A stretch of 63,984 bases of DNA, counting the filler, from Asterionella formosa (taxonomy: Eukaryota), in assembly GCA_002256025.1 (NCBI GenBank). It is 5 parts of 5 records of this genome, joined end to end, with 100 filler letters (N's around TTAATTAATTAA, not from the genome) between each part and the next. Parts side by side here need not be neighbours in the genome. Positions count along the whole stretch, not along the records: positions 13,534 to 26,964 come from NKIB01006703.1; positions 27,065 to 40,479 come from NKIB01006717.1; 3 more parts are not named here. One strand, 5' to 3'. Shown in pieces: positions 13,534-27,779 of the stretch. The position numbers and the translations under genes are program-made. Positions within the stretch are counted from its first letter, which is position 1. Each line of letters opens with the position of its first letter. Under the pieces are notes generated by a model. It saw nothing but the letters and a program-made list of their open reading frames with translations, ran no database searches and was not told where the DNA came from.

Positions 13534-16489
13534 ATTTTCACATCTGGGGTTCACTTATTCTTTTAATATTCATAATTACTCAAGGTGATCAACCAATTAC
13601 ATTCCTTCATCATAGGGTCACTATTTTCCTTCACCTTGTCCTTCTTGGACTCTTAAACTATGACTATTAACACGGACCCAACATAGGTTGAACAACACAT
13701 GTCACCTGCTTCTTGTATTGCAAGCACATTCAAGGCATGCGGAAACAGTAAGAAAAGGGGGAGAAAGTCCCAACCACTTTCCTCACAAAATAAATTTTGA
13801 GTACATGTTTTCCAAACCAAATGTTAAACGATTGTAATTTGTCACTTGTTACCTCAGACCAGATATCCAGTTTAAATGCCCCACTGCACTCTCCTTCATC
13901 AACTCAAGAAGCAAACGGAATGTTGACCTCCGTTCGATCGTAACAGTTGCATCGATTTGCCAGCACCACCAGTGTCTTACTGTTTGCATATGAAGGATTA
14001 TGTAGCCAACATACCAATTTTCTACGTGAGGGTCAGCTTAATCGAAAAAATACGTTTTTTATGAGTTACATAGACGTGAAAATATACTCGGTTTCTGTAA
14101 TTAAATTATTAGCATTGACCAGTTGTTATCACATCGAACAAGCCGATTTTGATAATTTAAAGCCCCGGTTTCAATGCTTGTCAAATTTGTTTTTGGATTG
14201 AAAAACTCCCGAATTACAAAAGGGCGTTTACTGAAATGAACAAAGTAAATCTCTTTTTTGTAACTCAGATACCATGCTGATCATATCTCAGGTATGGGCG
14301 AGTTTTTGCTGACCAAGACAGACTCACCTCACCTCCAAAATTGCATTGCCCTAACACACGTAGAAAATGTTCAACGTTGCCAGTCTTCAAATCTCTTGAA
14401 AAATAATTGGCATTCCATGCATACATCGATTTTTGTGTTTTCTAGTACATCGGCCAATAGTTACTAGACTTTCAAGGAATTCTTCGTCAACATTGGTACC
14501 CTCTTGAATACCATTTAATTCGCCCTTCTTCTTCGCTAGCTTGACTCTTCATTACTGTTGTCCTCATTGTCCAACAGGGCTATTTTAGATCCTCCAGTTT
14601 TTGAAGGGAACAGAATTTGTCTCAACATCTCGCTCAGACATTCCATTACAATATTTTTGTTCTACTTCCAAAGTGTATACATCCTTATTTCGCCCTCTAT
14701 TTGTGGTCAATGTCATGTGAATACACCTATCATGGTATTCTTAGTAATATATCGGCAATGAGCATTTATCATGCATTGAAACAAGTAATAATATTAACTT
14801 GCGTCTATTCTGTGATATATTCTTCAAGATTATATCCTACAATTGCTCTACTGGTAATGATAATCTCCTTAGTAAAATTTTTCCCTATTACCTTCTTTCG
14901 CAAATGCAAAGAATCGATTCTTCATAGTATTCCCTTGCTCCATTGCCATATAATCCAGATGATCATATGATTGCAAGTAGTAAGGAGGGAATGGCTTAGT
15001 TGGTTAGCACAATTTCTGCAGTGTTGGAGAGTTCGATTTCTGCATTCTGCACCAGTCTTTTTCTTGTAGTCCCTAGGGTTCCATGGTGTGTGGCTGACGG
15101 AATGACAGCAGGTCCCATTTTACTTTACAGAGGAATAAAACCGGTCCTATTTGGGCCTGAGTGTTGTAATTATTGGATAGCTTTAACATAATCCATCCAA
15201 TTATATGGTAGGCTGGTGTTGATACTACCCAGTATCTGTTTCGAGGACAGATTTTTGGTGGAGGCCTCCTAGTCAGAGAAGCAAAGATAGTAGAGGAGGA
15301 GGTACGCCCATTGCTACTGGTGTCAGGTTTATCACAATCCCTGGCGCCTTCATTGTTGATTGTCAACTGTCATTGCTGGAATTCACTCTTTTGATATGCA
15401 TGTCTTCTTTCATAAACCTCCTGAAATAGTAGTCACAGTTTGTGAGTAAGTACAACATGAAGGTTCGATTCCTGCATTTTCCATCTGTCATTTCATGTAG
15501 ACCTAGTCCCTACCGTACTAGGATTCTAAGGGATGTGGCTGATTGAAAGACAGGTCCCGTCACATGGAGCACTTGACATGAACATACTGTACATAAAAAT
15601 AGAATTTTCCTCTCATGTAGGGTATGAAAACTTGTATTTGTTTTGAATACCAGTACTTGAGGAGATTTATTTGTCTTCCATCTTTTACTCTATTAAGCTT
15701 ATAAATAATTGTATTAGTTGGCATGCTTTGACCGGTATTTGACGCCCCCTTGCAAGTCAGGTGACGGGAAAGGCGATCATGCATCATGCAAAAATGATGA
15801 TTGCATCAGATGAATACCGTTAATGACTAAAGCAACATGGATGAGGCCAACATTCTAACTGCAGTGGCTAGTCAATGATTGGTTGATGGTATGATAAGCA
15901 AACAAGAATGCCACTATCTAATTTATAATAGAGCATCTATCCACTACTATCTATTTATCACCCTCCATTCTATTTGTGAGTTCATGGATAGTTCGATTCG
16001 TAGATTGTTGGATGTAAAATCCCTTCTTGATGCTACAGAAGGTACCAACAAGAACTTTCTTTGGATGCAACACTACCCTCCAACAGCACCACCCAAAACT
16101 CAACATCTGGAAACTGCCCTACTCATGCCAGTTCCTTGGTGTCTTGGGCGCCATCAAATCATGGCGTCATCACCTTCTTCCTTGACCTAGTATTGTACAA
16201 TATGAACTTTGCTAGACCTATATAAGAAGAGGATATAAGTCCTATGCATTAGAATATCATAGGCCCTTCAACAAAAAAGACTACCAGTATACAAATTCTT
16301 ACAGTCAACGTAGAGACTTACTCATCATACATGGGCATTATATGTCACCTGTATACCAGGTAACATGTGTTCCCATTCATGTCATGTGACCAGCAGGCAA
16401 TTTGTAGTAAATAGTTATGTACACATGAGTGAACATGGCTACTATGTGACAACTAGTCTCACCATGCATGGCATCATTTTTTTCTTTAG

Positions 16490-17500
16490 ACAATGAAAGT
16501 TACTCTTCACCGAGAAAAATTTATGACCAGTGTGTCTGCTTTTTGATCTCCAGTCCTTGCCGATATTTTATTCGATGATGATTCTGAAAAGTCCCAGATT
16601 ATCATTAAGAAACGTGGACTACCACCCAAGGCTAAGAATAAACAAATGCTGCAACTGCTCCCAAATATATTGAGAAGCACGGCACATACCATAGAGTAAT
16701 TAATGTCTTTTTGATGAGAAACCTCGTCAAAATGTTTTGGATCTTGGGAATTCACCAACTATGTGTGAGCTGGATGCAAGGAAATTTCCCCATAAAGCAG
16801 TTTGGGACAAGTTATTTGATATCTATATGGACAAAGACGATGATACAGTTGGATCCATGGCCTTCAAACACACCCAGTTTTAATACCACGGAATTGATGA
16901 TAACTTTCCCCTCACTTTTTCTATGTTGGGTAGCAAAAAATTGTCAGAGTTTATGGAATTTGTAAATGCATTACAAGATCTGTTTCAATAATAACAAAGT
17001 CTCTGGTCAACACGACAATTTTGACAATTTCACTCAAAACCGGCCTTATTGTTTGTACTATCATTTATGGCTTCAGCAGGTGTCGCATTTACGCGCCTAC
17101 ACAATACCAAGTTTAAGCGATGGAGTCTAATTCATGTTCCTGAAGAGGATGAAGTTGCCAAGCTCCGTGTTCAACGAAAAAAGGTGAAAATATGGCAGCA
17201 ATGAGTTTGAAAACACGTCCAAACGAGTGGTTGAAGCACTTACAGAATTTTGAAAGGCAAATGAACGCCATAAATAAATGACACTTTCCTCTCAACGTTT
17301 CAATACAAATTAGCACAAGACGCGAAAAGGAACTAATTGATATTGTAAGTATTTAAGGCAAAAAGTTATAGAAATCTCGGGCTGAAGTAGCAAGCAATGA
17401 AGTGTCACAAAATGTGAAAGTAAATGGTATCAGGAGAATGTCAGTTTTGTTGAAGTTTTTGAAGCCATGGATGCACTGACAAAGAATACTGTAGCTCTCA
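16490..17500 (+). pseudogene. Decayed companion ORF of the Harbinger element, convergent with the transposase
   Basis: Frameshifted coding remnants (LDLGNSPTMCELDARKFP; NNKVSGQHDNFDNFTQNRPYCLYYHLWL) facing the transposase, as expected for two-gene PIF/Harbinger. Confidence 0.45.
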
Positions 17501-17608
17501 TGCAAACAGCTGAGGACACACCTAACCATAATTAGGGTAGCATATATTTCTACTTTTAGTTGTTATTGCCTTTGAATCAAATTTCTTCCAGTTATCGTTC
17601 ATATGTTA

Positions 17609-18900
17609 CTACATTGATCCTAGTATTTCAATCAGTTCACATCGTCGGCGCAACGCATTAGCTGGAAGCCGCCTAAACCCATTGTTGGTGACAACTTCAA
17701 GAATAATTTGCCAAATGGATGAAGCACCTTGTACTACATTCAATTTCCTGACAGTTGGAAGGTAAGCCCACCCAAGAGGAGCATTGAGCATTGAATCGAC
17801 AAGCTCCAAACTAGTCAGGACTTCAAAACCATTGTTAGCAAGCTCCTTCTTTTCATCATCATCCATGAGTAGGCAGAAATTGGGCACAAACCGAAAGAAT
17901 AGCAAATGATTTCTTCAAGCTGAAGGATAAGGATGTACTCAGGATCCTCCATTTATTGGTGAGCAACCCAAATGTCATCTCAATTCTAATGCGCAGTTGT
18001 GAAAAGAAATAGTTGCATGAATCTTTGTTTGTTGATTTCCTTTGACTTCCAACAAAGGGACAGAGGACTTGATCAGTCAATTTGTAATGATATTCACATG
18101 CTATGTAGTAGCTATGCTTGTCCTGGACAAAGGTTGTCGGATACAATCTAAAAAGCTATGTTCTTTCAAATGTTTTGGATCTGGCCATCTTCCTGGTGCC
18201 ATAACACCAAAGTAAAGGAAACAACAATCACTGTCGCAAACAGCCTGAACATTCAATCCATATGACATATAATGCCCAGACCAATATGCTTGAAGGAAGC
18301 TGTCACAATCCTTTTTTCTTGCTTTGGGAAGAGGCTTCAAATACCCATCTATTGCACCATTGCATCCACAAAATATTTGCTGCTTGCTTCTTCAAGAAAT
18401 TCATTCACCAATGCTTGTTACTCTTTGGTTGTCACATGGAATTTAATTGATAATTCTGTGCAGGAGTTCACTGCATCAAGGAATGTTTTAATGATCGCAA
18501 AAGCAGATTCATACAAGAAAACTCCATAGATGTGATAAATTTCTATGAGGTTTCAGCCTGCAAGCCAAAGAAGGCTGATGGCGAGAATCAACTTGGGATA
18601 AACATGCTGATTTGTGCTTTATAAACCGGAACTTGCATTTGATTTGACAGCATCAACTGTGATGGAGGTCAAATTAGTTCCAGTAGGTGATTGGAAGCTT
18701 GACAAGACATGCAATATTCACAATGAAACCAATTGAAAAGCTTTGTGACATGATCATTCCAGTCAAGTCATTGATGCTCCCATTTGATGATTGCACTGGC
18801 TTCGAGTTTCGTCCATAGGATTCCAAAAATGATTCAGCAACTGCTGCAAGTAACAGAAAGCTCTGTTGTTCCACTTGTATTTCCAGTTCTAAATCAAGAC
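17609..18900 (-). mobile_element. PIF/Harbinger transposase pseudogene (DDE_Tnp_4-like)
   Basis: Frameshifted pieces YWSGHYMSYGLNVQAVCDSDCCFLYFGVMAPG and NYFFSQLRIRIEMTFGLLTNKWRIL. Confidence 0.85.
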
Positions 18901-19810
18901 TGTCAATGACAGCCCAACTGTCAGGTTCTTCCAGTCGATTTGTCATTATCATTGTCATTTTAGTAATTATGATTGTCAAACAGGTTGTATAAATAATTGA
19001 AGCGCACATTGCTATTATTTTTGCTGAGGCTGATGCACATGTTTGCGGAGACAAGAAAAAAGACTAACTGTTTCGTCATTACTGAGACATATTTGTGAAA
19101 TGTATTTCTGTTAAGGTTCATTTTTTCTGAAGATACAATATAAAATAATAAAATAATTTGTATAAATGTTACAATCGCCTCTAACTCATGTTGACTAGTA
19201 GAAAACAAGTATATTAATAGCTCAGCTGTCTAAACACTGGCATGTGAAGCACTCACTATGACAACGATTTATAGAACCAATCAAGAACTCATGGAAAAAG
19301 CCAATTATTCATAAACGTTCCATCAAGCTATGTACATAAAGCTATGAAACCTGCTATAACAACTTCAACAAAATGTGTACATGCATGTTGTGGACTCGAA
19401 TCTGGTCAGTTTGAACAGCAATTTTCTTTTGATGACAAATGACATTTGAATAAAATGTAACGGTGCTATAGCATTGTCTTCATTTGTTTGATGATGATTG
19501 TGCTGCACCAAAGAATAGCAATTTGAAATATTCATAGAATGTTTGTAAAACAGACTATCTTGCAATATCGTGTCAGCAATGGCAGCTATTCCCCTGCAAT
19601 CACCTTCATAAATACCAGGAATAAGTTAACAGAAATGGGCAAGTGCCAGAGGACATGAAGAATTTTGCAATACCAAGACTGATGCCATGTGTGTGTGGTA
19701 ACTATGATATGCTTGACTTAATGGTTGAAATCTTCAAAAACCACATCAAAACAATCTTTATAAGTAGCCAATCATGTACAATATGAGGCCAATCTTCTTT
19801 CCCTTTTACA

Positions 19811-22800
19811 TCAATAGGTCCTCAATGTTCTCCCACCACTCCCACGACCCCTGCCCCCTCCTCCACTATGCCCTTGTCCAGTTGCAGTACCTCGTCCCTG
19901 CATTCCATGGCCTTGACTTTGGGGATAACTCCTGTCAATTCCACCACTTCGGCGACTTGCAGATGATGCAACCACATCTCTATCACCACGACTTGTTCCA
20001 AAGTTTTGGTCAATCTCTTGCATTGTGAGTGGTCGATTCCGAATAAGTTGCAACTTAGTCTGCTCCAGGTAAACATTTCCACCTCCTTCACCATGTTCGG
20101 AGCTTTCAGCTTCATACTGAAGGACATGAGCTTTCAACATGTCACGCTCCCTTGCAGCCTCATCATCATTCTTCTCTGCTTGCTTGGCTAGGTTTGTGTC
20201 TTTGGGAACAATGAGTTGTTTTGCCTCAACTTTACCCTTGTTACTCTTTTTAAGAAGCTGAAAAGTAACTCCTTCCATGCCACCAAGTGCTATTGCGAGT
20301 GGCGATTCCTCACCCTTCTCCTTCTTTCGAACAAATTGAGAGCCAGTGATCATGTTGTCAGCAACCTTTCCTCTCGACTGTGCGGAATTTTTGCCCTTAT
20401 CCAGAGCTTCCATGGTGACACGGCGGAGCTCGCGTTCAAAAGCCTCTTCTTCAAGCTGTTTCATGTAGGCACCCTCATCGATGGATTCAGCATCATCATA
20501 CACTTCATAGTCCTCAGAGTCAAAATCGTCGTCCTGAAGATCATCCACTTCAACACCATCCTCCTCCTCCGCATTCATGATTTTGTTTTCATCTTCAGTA
20601 TCTGTTTCACTTTCCACTTCATCTTCAAGGCTTTGAGACATGACATCAAAGTCATCATCATCAGCCAGCAATGCAAGCTCAGCATCACCCAATAGTTCCA
20701 TTTCTGTAGCGGCTCCACCTGCGGCCACAGTTTCTAAGCGAGCTCGTGCCCTTTCAACTGCCAAATGATCTTTTTCCTCCTGGAGAACTGTAGCATTATG
20801 AGCTTCCATCCACGATGAAAACCGAGGAAAGCCGATACTATCGTCATTTTTGACTTCCGCCTCACCTCTCTTTCTCCTTGCCTGTGATGCTTTCTTCCAT
20901 TGAGAATCAATGGCATCAAATGTATCTAGCAAAGCAAACTCAACATCCATTGGTAAAAGCGATTTGGTGAAAAGATATCGCTGGAAAGCTGAACAGAAAC
21001 CATTTAGGGCCAGGAGATTGCCCTTCGTGACAAGAGAAGTTGTTGCCACTTCTAGTAGTGAACATACGAGCTTGATGCGGAAGGCCGAGTTTGGAGGGTC
21101 GAGAAGCGAAGGAACGCGAGGGTCGAATTTAGAGTACTTTGACACTGCAACAACCTCAGGCGACTTTTCCAATTCGTTTGTCACTAACTGAGTGTCGTCC
21201 ATCACTTCATCCTCCCCAATGGTTTGGGATACTCCTCCAGAGGAGTTGTATACAGGCAGATTTTCTGAGGCCTTAAGGTTGCCCACCAGTTTCTCACTTG
21301 CTTCCCGAAGAGCTTCAGGGATCTCGTGGCCAAAGTTTAAGAAGTTGTAGAGCTGTTGAAGGACAACCTGTCCAGTAACAAGTGATTTCGTAAGCAGCTC
21401 TCCCAGTAAGCGCGCATATGTGATGGTCCTTTGTTGATCCCTAAAATTTGGGTTCTCCAGAGCACTTTGTATTTCTTCCAAACAAGCATCGACAAGCCTA
21501 GTAGCGGCTTCTGGTTTGCCACTGCACATGTTTGCTGCAACTCCCGCAACCGCCGAGATAACGTTAAACCTTCCCTTTCGACACGCTTTCAGCATGTACC
21601 TGCAAATCAAGGCTCCACATTGCTGGGAGGGATCGTTCCAAGGGAATTGCAGCAACTGCTTCGAAACAAAAAGAATACTTCCTTTTCCTGGCTCTAGTTT
21701 GACAAGCATCAAATAACGCAAATATGACTCCAAAGGAGGGTACGCTTTGGCCTCTTTACGGGGTGCACTTGGTGGGGGTTTCACCATGTACATTGCAGAT
21801 TTAACCAATGCATTGGCTCTCTCGTCCAAATGCTATTACAAGAGGAATTAGAAATATTAAGAAATGCGTGATGTGAATGCCTAATTGAACTGCTTACCTT
21901 GGCATTTGAAATTCTTGTCATGGCATCCATCAACTGAGAAATCATAGAAACAGTGTGTTTTGTTCGATAAAGATATCTCCCACAAGACTCCAAAATGCAA
22001 CAAGCAACATCCACATTGAAACCGGTAAAGTCGTCAAGGCATCGGCGAAAACAACGAAGCGAGACAATTGGTGGAGCAACACGAAACTTAGTCAGCTCTC
22101 CAATGTAACGTGCAGTCTTCAATCTGCCTTCCAAGTTTTGATTCTTCTTGAATTTTGCTTGCCCATGAAACTGCTGCTCCAGATCAGCAACAACCTGTGA
22201 TGCAAAATCGGAGTATACTCTATCCAAAATAGCCAACATTCGAGAATAGTAAGGCAATAAATCCAATCTACTACGAGGAACTTGAAAGAGAGTTTTGACT
22301 AGACGCTTTCGAGAAGTCTTTGAAGATCCATGGTTTAAGCAAAACTTCTCCGAGAGCTCGTCAATCTGTTCTCGCCTACTGCATTCAGGCAGCTCTTGCT
22401 CCAATAGAACCGCGAGTCTATAATGAGGATTGTCTTTATCATTTTCGCTCCTTTTACCATCATTCCCTTCTTCTTTGTCATGTTGCTCGACTGCTGCTTC
22501 CTTATCCAAAAACTCATCTTCTGAAGTGGGTTCTATTTCTGCATTCGCATCGTCTATATATTGAGCAGCTTCCTCTCCGTATTTCCTCAGATTTTCTCGC
22601 TTGACACGCTCAATTTCTTCATCTGACATGCCTAGTAGGGCTGGTGGAATTGTTGCCAATAGGTCAGAAATGTCACAGTAGAAAGATCTGGTTTCTTCGT
22701 CATCGAAGGGGCCGAGATCATCGTCTCCTCCCTCTTCCCCCTTTGTCCACAGCTCGATGCCCTGTCCCACTTCGTTTTCTTCTTCCTTTTCTTCGATAAG

Positions 22801-24240
22801 TGCAGGCATGACCTGATCCAAGACGTCGCTCAAGGTTTCCACACTTTTGTAAAGTGACTCATGAAGCTTTCGCGCATCCATTAAACCCTTTTCGCGAGCA
22901 TCGGATAAAGATCCCTGCAACAGACGATCTTGCTCGCAGCGTTTCTCTAATTTACAAAGTTTTTCATGTGTCGCAATTAGAGACTTGGAAAGAGTATAGT
23001 ATGCACCTTGACAATGGGTATAAAAACCTTCTGCCACCTCAGGCATGACTGCTCGCAGTTGCAGCACTTTATCGACTTTGTCAATTACATCCTTTGATTT
23101 CCTCATCAATTCCTCAGTCATGACTACTAGGCACTCGTCTTCTGCGCTTGCTTCGAACTTTTTCACTTCAGTAGCCAGCATTGTGAGATCTTCCCGAATC
23201 GACCTAGGTATGCCTCCTAAAATCTCGAAGCCCGCCGCTTTACAAAAAGACACCATCACGTTGGCGTCAGATACAGCATAAGTGCCAGCCGATCCTCCTG
23301 TTACCTCACCAATAAGCTTAATAAGTTGTTTGGGTTCGCGAATAACTCCATTCAGAAGAAACTCAGTCATTAGGCGAACGTAAATGCGCCTGAATTTGGC
23401 AGTCTCCTCCGTCGGTTTCAAGTGTATGGTTGACCACATGGTCGGGACTAGGTTTGGAAGGAATTCAGCGTACCTAGCATGCATGGCAACGCAAAGTGCA
23501 ACTAAAACAGGGAAATCGCCAACTTTCAATTTGGCCTCAAGCACCGCTGCTGCGACTTCTTCCACGTATCGAGTAAGGTTCAGTGTCAACATATCACTAA
23601 CAACATCGTCAGGTTTCATGGACCACACTACTCCAGACTTGACTTTCTTGACAAATGCAGTGCACTTCTTCAAATCGCTCTTGATAGATTTTTTTGCCTG
23701 TTCGAAGTCCCCACGTGACTTCACCAGATTCTCGGCGGAGAGATTGTCTCTGTTCCTCTTATGGGAAAGTGTGGTCGCGACAAAGCTTTCTAAGGCTGCA
23801 ATATTATCTTGTACCTTCTTGATTATTGCCTGACACTCGTTCTGGCGGGCAAGCTTGATGGCTTCATTCCTTTTCTGCTCTTCTTCAAGTAGCTTACGAA
23901 CGGCTTCCTCGTCTTCCATTTCTTGCTTGCGAATAGCTTCCGCTTCTGCCACTTGCTGCTTACGCTGAAGCTCCTCCTCATGACAAATTTTCTCTTCTCC
24001 CGAAAGTGCCTTGTCCTTAGATACATTGGATCGCTTGCGACGATCGCCCTTGCCTCTTTTTCCTCCTCGGCCTCCCTTTGGCTGAGAGTTTTCGGATAAA
24101 CTGAGATTCTGGATGGAATCAGTAGCCCCGTCAGTGCTTTGCGCATTTCCCTTGTTCCCGCCCCCACGACCACTTCGGCCTCCCTTGTTCCTGTGACTAC
24201 TTCCTCGGCCCCGACCAGAGGGAGCAGGCTGCTCGGACAT
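19811..24240 (-). CDS. UPF2: Regulator of nonsense transcripts 2 (UPF2); exons 24240-21898 and 21832-19811
   Basis: KSDLKKCTAFVKK, LNLTRYVEE, RLDLLPYYSR, RYIGELTKF, ILESCGRYL, FRIKLVCSLL, plus an acidic region and C-terminal Upf2 domain (FQLLKK.NKGK). Phase-0 GTAAGC...TAG intron 21833-21897 joins the two long ORFs (about 1454 aa). Confidence 0.93.
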
Positions 24241-25387
24241 GATCAATGACTCCGGCGATTGATTGAATATACAACCCTAACACCTATTATCCGTACTACC
24301 ACACACATGTGCAATAAATTAATTTATTTGCAGCATTTCTTAGCTGCCGTACCGTTAGTATATACATATTGTCTACGCAACGGACGACTTCGCAGGCTTT
24401 TAGTACCCGTAGTCCCATCGGGAGGAGAGCAGACAGGATCAAGTCAATGTCGTCTCGCTCTAAGACATCATTATGCCGGGTTCATGTATAAAGTAAATCA
24501 TTAGAAAAAAATACAGAAATTCTACCAGCAGGATTCAGATGCTGTGAGCATCTGTGTAGGCCAGATCCACCATTGCAGAACCCTTCCCCCAACTTGAGGG
24601 AATTGGCAAACAAGGGGCGGATTTGCCAATGCTTGAGAGATGGGAAGACATGGTGGTGTGTCAGCAGCAAAGGAAAGTGGTATAGATGGAGACTGACCAT
24701 TGAAAGAAGAGGAGGCAGAAAGTAGTCAGAAAAAAGATATTGAACAATGTATTGTAAGGCCACATGTTGGGATAGGAGAAGGTGGAGAAATAAGGATGAT
24801 AATGGCGAGTGCCCCTGGTTATATTTTTATGGACATATTTAGTGCCCCTGGTTAGACTCTTATGGGGGTGGTGAGTGTCTGCTTAATATTCAGTACCGAG
24901 TAGCATGTGCATGTAAGAGTGCCACAATCAGTATTGGTCATATGTTTTGCCACCATACTGTGCCTGTTTCTTACCATATAAATGACTGTACTACCAGGAG
25001 AGGTATATTGTAATATTGTTCTGTTGAAAAGCAAAATGGATAATGATGCATTTGTGGCTGACATAACATGGAAGAAACCTAGTACTGGAATATATAAAGA
25101 TAGGATAGAATAGGGAAATTGCTCAGGGCACATTGCCTTTGACTTCAAGTTTTGTGGTTCGATTCCCAAAATTTTTTGAGAAGCAATTGTTGGGTTCGAC
25201 TCCCACACTCCTCACTGTCCCGCGCAGTCTTGCCTGGTCTGCAAGGAAGAGTGGGTTGCCTCCCTACAAGCAGTGTGCCACCTTCCTAGGTGGTCGGAGT
25301 TTCCGTCTGTAAATAAAAAACCCGTTAGGCCTAACAGTTTTGCTGTACGACCCATTGCCCCAAAAATTCTCAGTATGACGTATCATT

Positions 25388-25480
25388 TTTTGATTGATCA
25401 TTAAAAAAAGTGATTGATCATACATTGATCGATCATACAGAAATACTGATTGATCATACAAAAAAACTGATTGATATCAA
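25388..25480. repeat. Short tandem cluster of TGATTGATCATAC-like units
   Basis: Four to five imperfect copies separated by A-rich spacers. Confidence 0.7.
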
Positions 25481-25854
25481 CTAAGGTTTTGGTGTTCAAT
25501 CTAAAGATAGTAATCATGAGATCAAATCAGTTATTCATTCGGTCTAACCTTTGGAATGCTAATATCAAATACGTTCATTACTACTGATCTAACTTATTTC
25601 TCTCATTGATCAAACCTATTATCATGTTCGATCAATGATGAACACAAATCGAATTAAATGGATTGCCATTTAATACTCAAATATTCTACTTCTGGTCACC
25701 CATACTTTCCACTGTGCATCCTCTATCAGAATGAGCACACAGTGGTCTTCAATAACTCAATTTTCACTTCTTCCGGTAGCTATGTTTAGACCATTGCCTT
25801 TTCAAAATGAAATGAGAGAGTAAACGAAATTGATGATGCTTTATTCGAACCTCT

Positions 25855-26225
25855 ACCATTGCGAATGGCAGCAAGTCACATTCTCCAATGTTCTTGTACA
25901 ACTTTCCTGTAAGAGATAATAACAACAATGTTAGCAAAACTGTTGCATCAAGTAAGCAAGGCATCTAAACGAAGATATGTGCAACGAAACAATCACATGA
26001 ACAATCCATCAATCCAATTTCCGTATGAGCTGGAAATGTCCATATAACTTACCTGTGCTCTCATGGTTGATTGTTGCTTCCATTAAGAATGGTAGCAAGC
26101 CACATTCTCCAAGGTTCCTGTATGGTTTTGAGGAGAAAAGATCAATGTTAGCAAAAGTGTTGCAATGATTAAAGCATCTCCAGCCACACATGTGCCACGA
26201 ACTGATGACATAAACAATCTATATA
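25855..26225. repeat. Diverged tandem duplication, period about 220 bp
   Basis: aatgg(c/t)agcaag(t/c)cacattctccaa at about 25864 and 26088; aatgttagcaaaa.tgttgca at about 25927 and 26144. Confidence 0.7.
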
Positions 26226-26964
26226 GTAACTTCACGTTCCAATCGACATAACGAGCATCAAATGAGAGTATAGTAACTTACCTATGCTCTCACTGCTGAT
26301 CGATGGGTGACAGGGTAGCGTTGTCAACCCTCACATCTGCATATATGGAACAAGGGAATGATGTTATTTATGTCGAAATCCTAATTAATGGACACAGACA
26401 CTACAAAGCCTTCGCAGCATTGTGCACAAACATATTAAGTGCGGTTTCTTACCTCGTAATTAGGTTGATTTTTATCGTTCATCCTGAGGAAGTGTAGAAA
26501 CTTTGAGTGGGGGCAGCAGCGCACACGAACAGCGATACAATTTTATATTTTGCTTCCGAACTCACATGATACCAATCATAAGCCCCTTGATAGCCACAGT
26601 TGAGAAGCAAAACAAACATATAACTTACCTCTTCTCACCGGTTGGTTTGATACCGGTAGAAGGCTCTCCATCACCATTCCCTCATCAGTTTGTTATGTGG
26701 AATAGAATGCACTACCGGCATGAATTTTTCAACAATATCTCAACATTTCCTCTTCTTCAAAAAGTATGTATAACATCACATCTCTGTATGTCTAGTAACT
26801 TTTTCGAAGGAACATTTAATACCCTACCAGTATGTATGATTAGATAAAATATACAAGACTTAACAGGAATTCGAATACCCGGTACTGTGAAACTGTACCT
26901 ATTACAACGCTGGTACTGTGAAACTGTAGGTTTGCCCTACCGGCATTCCCTTTTTCCCCTTGTC

Positions 26965-27064
26965 NNNNNNNNNNNNNNNNNNNNNNNNNNNNNNNNNNNN
27001 NNNNNNNNTTAATTAATTAANNNNNNNNNNNNNNNNNNNNNNNNNNNNNNNNNNNNNNNNNNNN
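26965..27064. other. Assembly gap pad
   Basis: N-run with TTAATTAATTAA linker. Confidence 0.97.
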
Positions 27065-27779
27065 TCGCAATGCCGCTGAACGTGCAATTCGCACCTTTCA
27101 AAATCATTTCATTGCCGGTCTATGCAGTGTCGACAAACACTTTCCTCTCCACTTGTGGGACCAACTACTAGTTCAAGCCGAACTTACTCTTAACCTCCTC
27201 CGTGGCTCACGCATCAACCCCAAACTGTCTGCTTGGGCACAGGTCAATGGAACCTATGATTACAACCGTGTCCCCCTTGCTCCACCCGGTTGTCGGGTCC
27301 TTGTTCATGCCAAGCCCCAACACCGCACCACATGGGCTCCGCATGCTCTCGATGGTTGGTATGTCGGCCCTGCTGTGGATTCCTATCGCTGCTACCGCAT
27401 CTGGATGTGGGACACACGTTCAATCAGAATCTGCGATACTGTCTCGTGGTTTCCAACCAAAGTCCACTTACCCTGTAATTCATCCACTGACCTCATCACA
27501 ACCAGTTTGCAGGACATTGCCTATGCCTTGTTACATCCCACCACTCGGTCTCCCGTTGCACCACTCACTGCAACCCACAAAGCTGCTCTCCAGCAGCTCC
27601 TTGAAATTCTCTCACCGCCTGAGCTCAACCAACTACCCATTGCTCCCCTCCTGCATCACCCCATTCCATCACTGAGGGTGCCCGGTACAACCACAGCATC
27701 CACTATCCCCCTTCTCCCTGATCCTGATGCCTGTACACCTTTCCCGGTCTCTCCCGCCCTCGATGGCACCGCCCAACCG
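27065..27779 (+). mobile_element. Ty1/Copia (CoDi-like) integrase C-terminal fragment
   Basis: RNAAERAIRTFQNHFIAGL...FPLHLWDQLLVQAELTLNLLR.SRINPKLSA...PLAPPGCRV...TWAPHALDGWYVGPA..YRCY. Confidence 0.9.

Noticed and set aside
13534..15400. Possible decayed minus-strand gene
   Set aside because: Many stops and no recognisable motif
16445..19200. ACTAGTC-based TIRs for the Harbinger element
   Set aside because: Match is only about 7-12 nt with indels, and no convincing TSD
25120..25220. Intact tRNA gene
   Set aside because: T-arm-like part is present but no matching acceptor or D stems could be built
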